DNA of 64,000 nucleotides, taken from assembly GCA_017937705.1 (NCBI GenBank), contig JAGBDC010000024.1, positions 11,079 to 75,078 of the forward strand, given 5' to 3'. This DNA is from Alphaproteobacteria bacterium. Lineage in GTDB: Bacteria; Pseudomonadota; Alphaproteobacteria; RF32; CAG-239. Under the pieces are notes generated by a model that saw only the letters and a list, made by a program, of their open reading frames with translations, was not told where the DNA came from and searched no databases. This document shows, piece after piece, positions 62,483 through 64,000 of this stretch (the first letter of the stretch is position 1; each line of letters opens with the position of its first letter). A program made the position numbers and the translations under genes.

Positions 62483-64000
62483 ATGGCAGAAGATAAAACA
62501 ACCGGTTTAACGCCAATGTTGGCGCAATATTTTGAAACAAAAAAGAACTATGCGGAATATTTGTTATTCTACCGCATGGGTGATTTTTATGAAATGTTTT
62601 TTGACGATGCGGTTATTGCATCTAAAGCACTAGATATAACACTAACCAAAAGAGGGCAGTATAACGGCGAAGATATTCCAATGTGCGGGGTGCCGTTTCA
62701 TGCCTATGAAAATTATTTGGCACGTCTGATAAAACAAGGTTATAAAGTTGCAATTTGTGAACAACTTGAAGATCCCAAAGAAGCTAAAAAACGTGGTTAT
62801 AAAGCGGTGGTAAAAAGAGATGTTATCAGATTGGTAACGGCCGGCACTTTAACCGAAGACAATTTACTCGATTCCAGAAAAAACAACTTTCTGCTTTGTT
62901 TGGTAAAAATGAACGATTCGTTAGGGGCTTCGTGGCTCGATTTATCTACCGGAGATTTTTATACGGAAAATATTGCGATTGTAGGAAAAAGTGAAAGAGT
63001 TCAAATAAGTGCATTGCTTTCTCGTCTTAATCCGGTGGAGATTCTGATTTCTGATGCTTACCAACAGAATCCGCAAATGTTTGAGGTGTTTAATGATTAT
63101 CGTCGTCAACTTTCTGTTTTGCCTCAAGCACGTTTCAATAGCGAAAATGCCAAAAGAAACCTGTTGAATTTGTTTAAGGTTGAGAGTTTGGAAGTATATG
63201 GCAACTTCTCTCGTGCTGAAGTAACGGCTGCCGGAATTCTTATTGACTACATTGAAACCACCCAAAAAGGGCAGATTCCCAGAATTGAAAGACCTATAAA
63301 AGTATATGAACATCAGGTTATGGAGATAGATGGGGCAACACGTCGCAGTTTAGAGTTGGTGGAATCTGCTTCGACAGTTCGTAACAGTTCTTTATTAAGT
63401 GTTGTTGACAGAACGGTGACGGGAACAGGGGCTCGTATGTTATCATCAAGAATATCGAGCCCGCTCGTTGCTGTTGATGAAATTAATAAACGTCTGGATG
63501 TGGTTGAATTTTTTATAAATGAAGAATTTATCCGCCAAGATATAAGGACATTGTTAAAAGGTTGTCCTGATATGGAAAGGGCTATTTCTCGTCTAAGTTT
63601 GGGAAGGGGCGGACCGAGAGATTTAGCCGCAATTAAAACTACATTATCAGCATTACCAAAATTAAAAAATCTTTTAGCCGGTGTTCGCCATAATATTGTA
63701 AAAGAACTACCTGCATCATTATCCGAAATCGTTAATAAATTCGGAAATCACGAAAATTTGGTAGATGAAATAGAGCGAGCACTTGCGGAAGAATTACCAT
63801 TGTTGGCTCGTGACGGCGGATTCATAAAAGAGGAATATTATCCTCCTTTAGATGAAATTCGTAACTTAAAACACAATAGTCAGCAAATTATTTTGCAAAT
63901 GCAAGATAAATATATAAATGAAACGGGAATATCAAATCTTAAAATAAAATATAATAATGTAATCGGGTATTTTGTTGAAGTTCCTGCTAAATTTGCAACA
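62483..64000 (+). CDS. mutS: DNA mismatch repair protein MutS (5' part; continues beyond the window)
   Basis: An open frame runs from the ATG at 62483 to the window end (506 codons). It begins [43 protein letters not shown], the canonical MutS domain I including the GDFYE mismatch-binding motif. It is absent from the ORF track because no stop falls in the window. Confidence 0.95.
   Translation, partial: MAEDKTTGLTPMLAQYFETKKNYAEYLLFYRMGDFYEMFFDDAVIASKALDITLTKRGQYNGEDIPMCGVPFHAYENYLARLIKQGYKVAICEQLEDPKEAKKRGYKAVVKRDVIRLVTAGTLTEDNLLDSRKNNFLLCLVKMNDSLGASWLDLSTGDFYTENIAIVGKSERVQISALLSRLNPVEILISDAYQQNPQMFEVFNDYRRQLSVLPQARFNSENAKRNLLNLFKVESLEVYGNFSRAEVTAAGILIDYIETTQKGQIPRIERPIKVYEHQVMEIDGATRRSLELVESASTVRNSSLLSVVDRTVTGTGARMLSSRISSPLVAVDEINKRLDVVEFFINEEFIRQDIRTLLKGCPDMERAISRLSLGRGGPRDLAAIKTTLSALPKLKNLLAGVRHNIVKELPASLSEIVNKFGNHENLVDEIERALAEELPLLARDGGFIKEEYYPPLDEIRNLKHNSQQIILQMQDKYINETGISNLKIKYNNVIGYFVEVPAKFAT

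Noticed and set aside
62942-63313. A 123-aa minus-strand ORF.
   Set aside because: It lies inside the unambiguous mutS reading frame, which runs open to the window end, so it is an antisense artefact.

Overview
This is an AT-rich bacterial chromosome segment. Its synteny is typical of Alphaproteobacteria: an EIIA-Man/HPr pair, nuoL-M-N followed by birA and RNase J, tgt and mutS. I infer a host-associated, reduced-genome lineage (Rickettsiales/Holosporales-like). Ordinary housekeeping genes (0-8.7 kb and 47-64 kb) flank a ~37 kb surface-machinery superlocus with two parts. (1) A minus-strand type IVb pilus operon (20520->9783) follows the gene order of the R64 thin pilus: PilL/TcpQ-like lipoprotein, lipoprotein secretin, PilO-like, PilP-like, GspE-type ATPase, GspF-type platform, a pilin-fold protein and the major pilin. 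(2) A divergent plus-strand VirB/rvh-like type IV secretion operon (20852->46436) has an atypical parts list: three VirB2-like genes (one with a ~290-aa C-terminal extension), VirB3, VirB4, four translationally coupled secreted proteins without TM segments (214 to 1308 aa), VirB8, a VirB7-like lipoprotein, a second VirB8, a VirB9 with a C-terminal SPOR-like domain, a 1470-aa membrane-anchored protein built from dozens of ~17-residue DGxVVDxxGNVIG repeats, a 1440-aa VirB10 carrying ~1000 aa of the same repeat, and VirB11. I see no VirB6/TrbL-like polytopic protein, coupling protein, relaxase or integrase anywhere in the window. A decayed copy of the pilin gene follows virB11, and a dense cluster of 45-46 bp tandem and 99-bp palindromic repeats lies beyond the functional pilin gene. 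Other points of interest are a strongly signalled 24-codon micro-ORF, highly divergent stand-alone nuoL/M/N-like genes, a tgt-LOG-ABC-Gate gene string, and a pair of small paralogous proteins of unknown function. All calls come from reading the translations and the DNA by eye. No database search was run.
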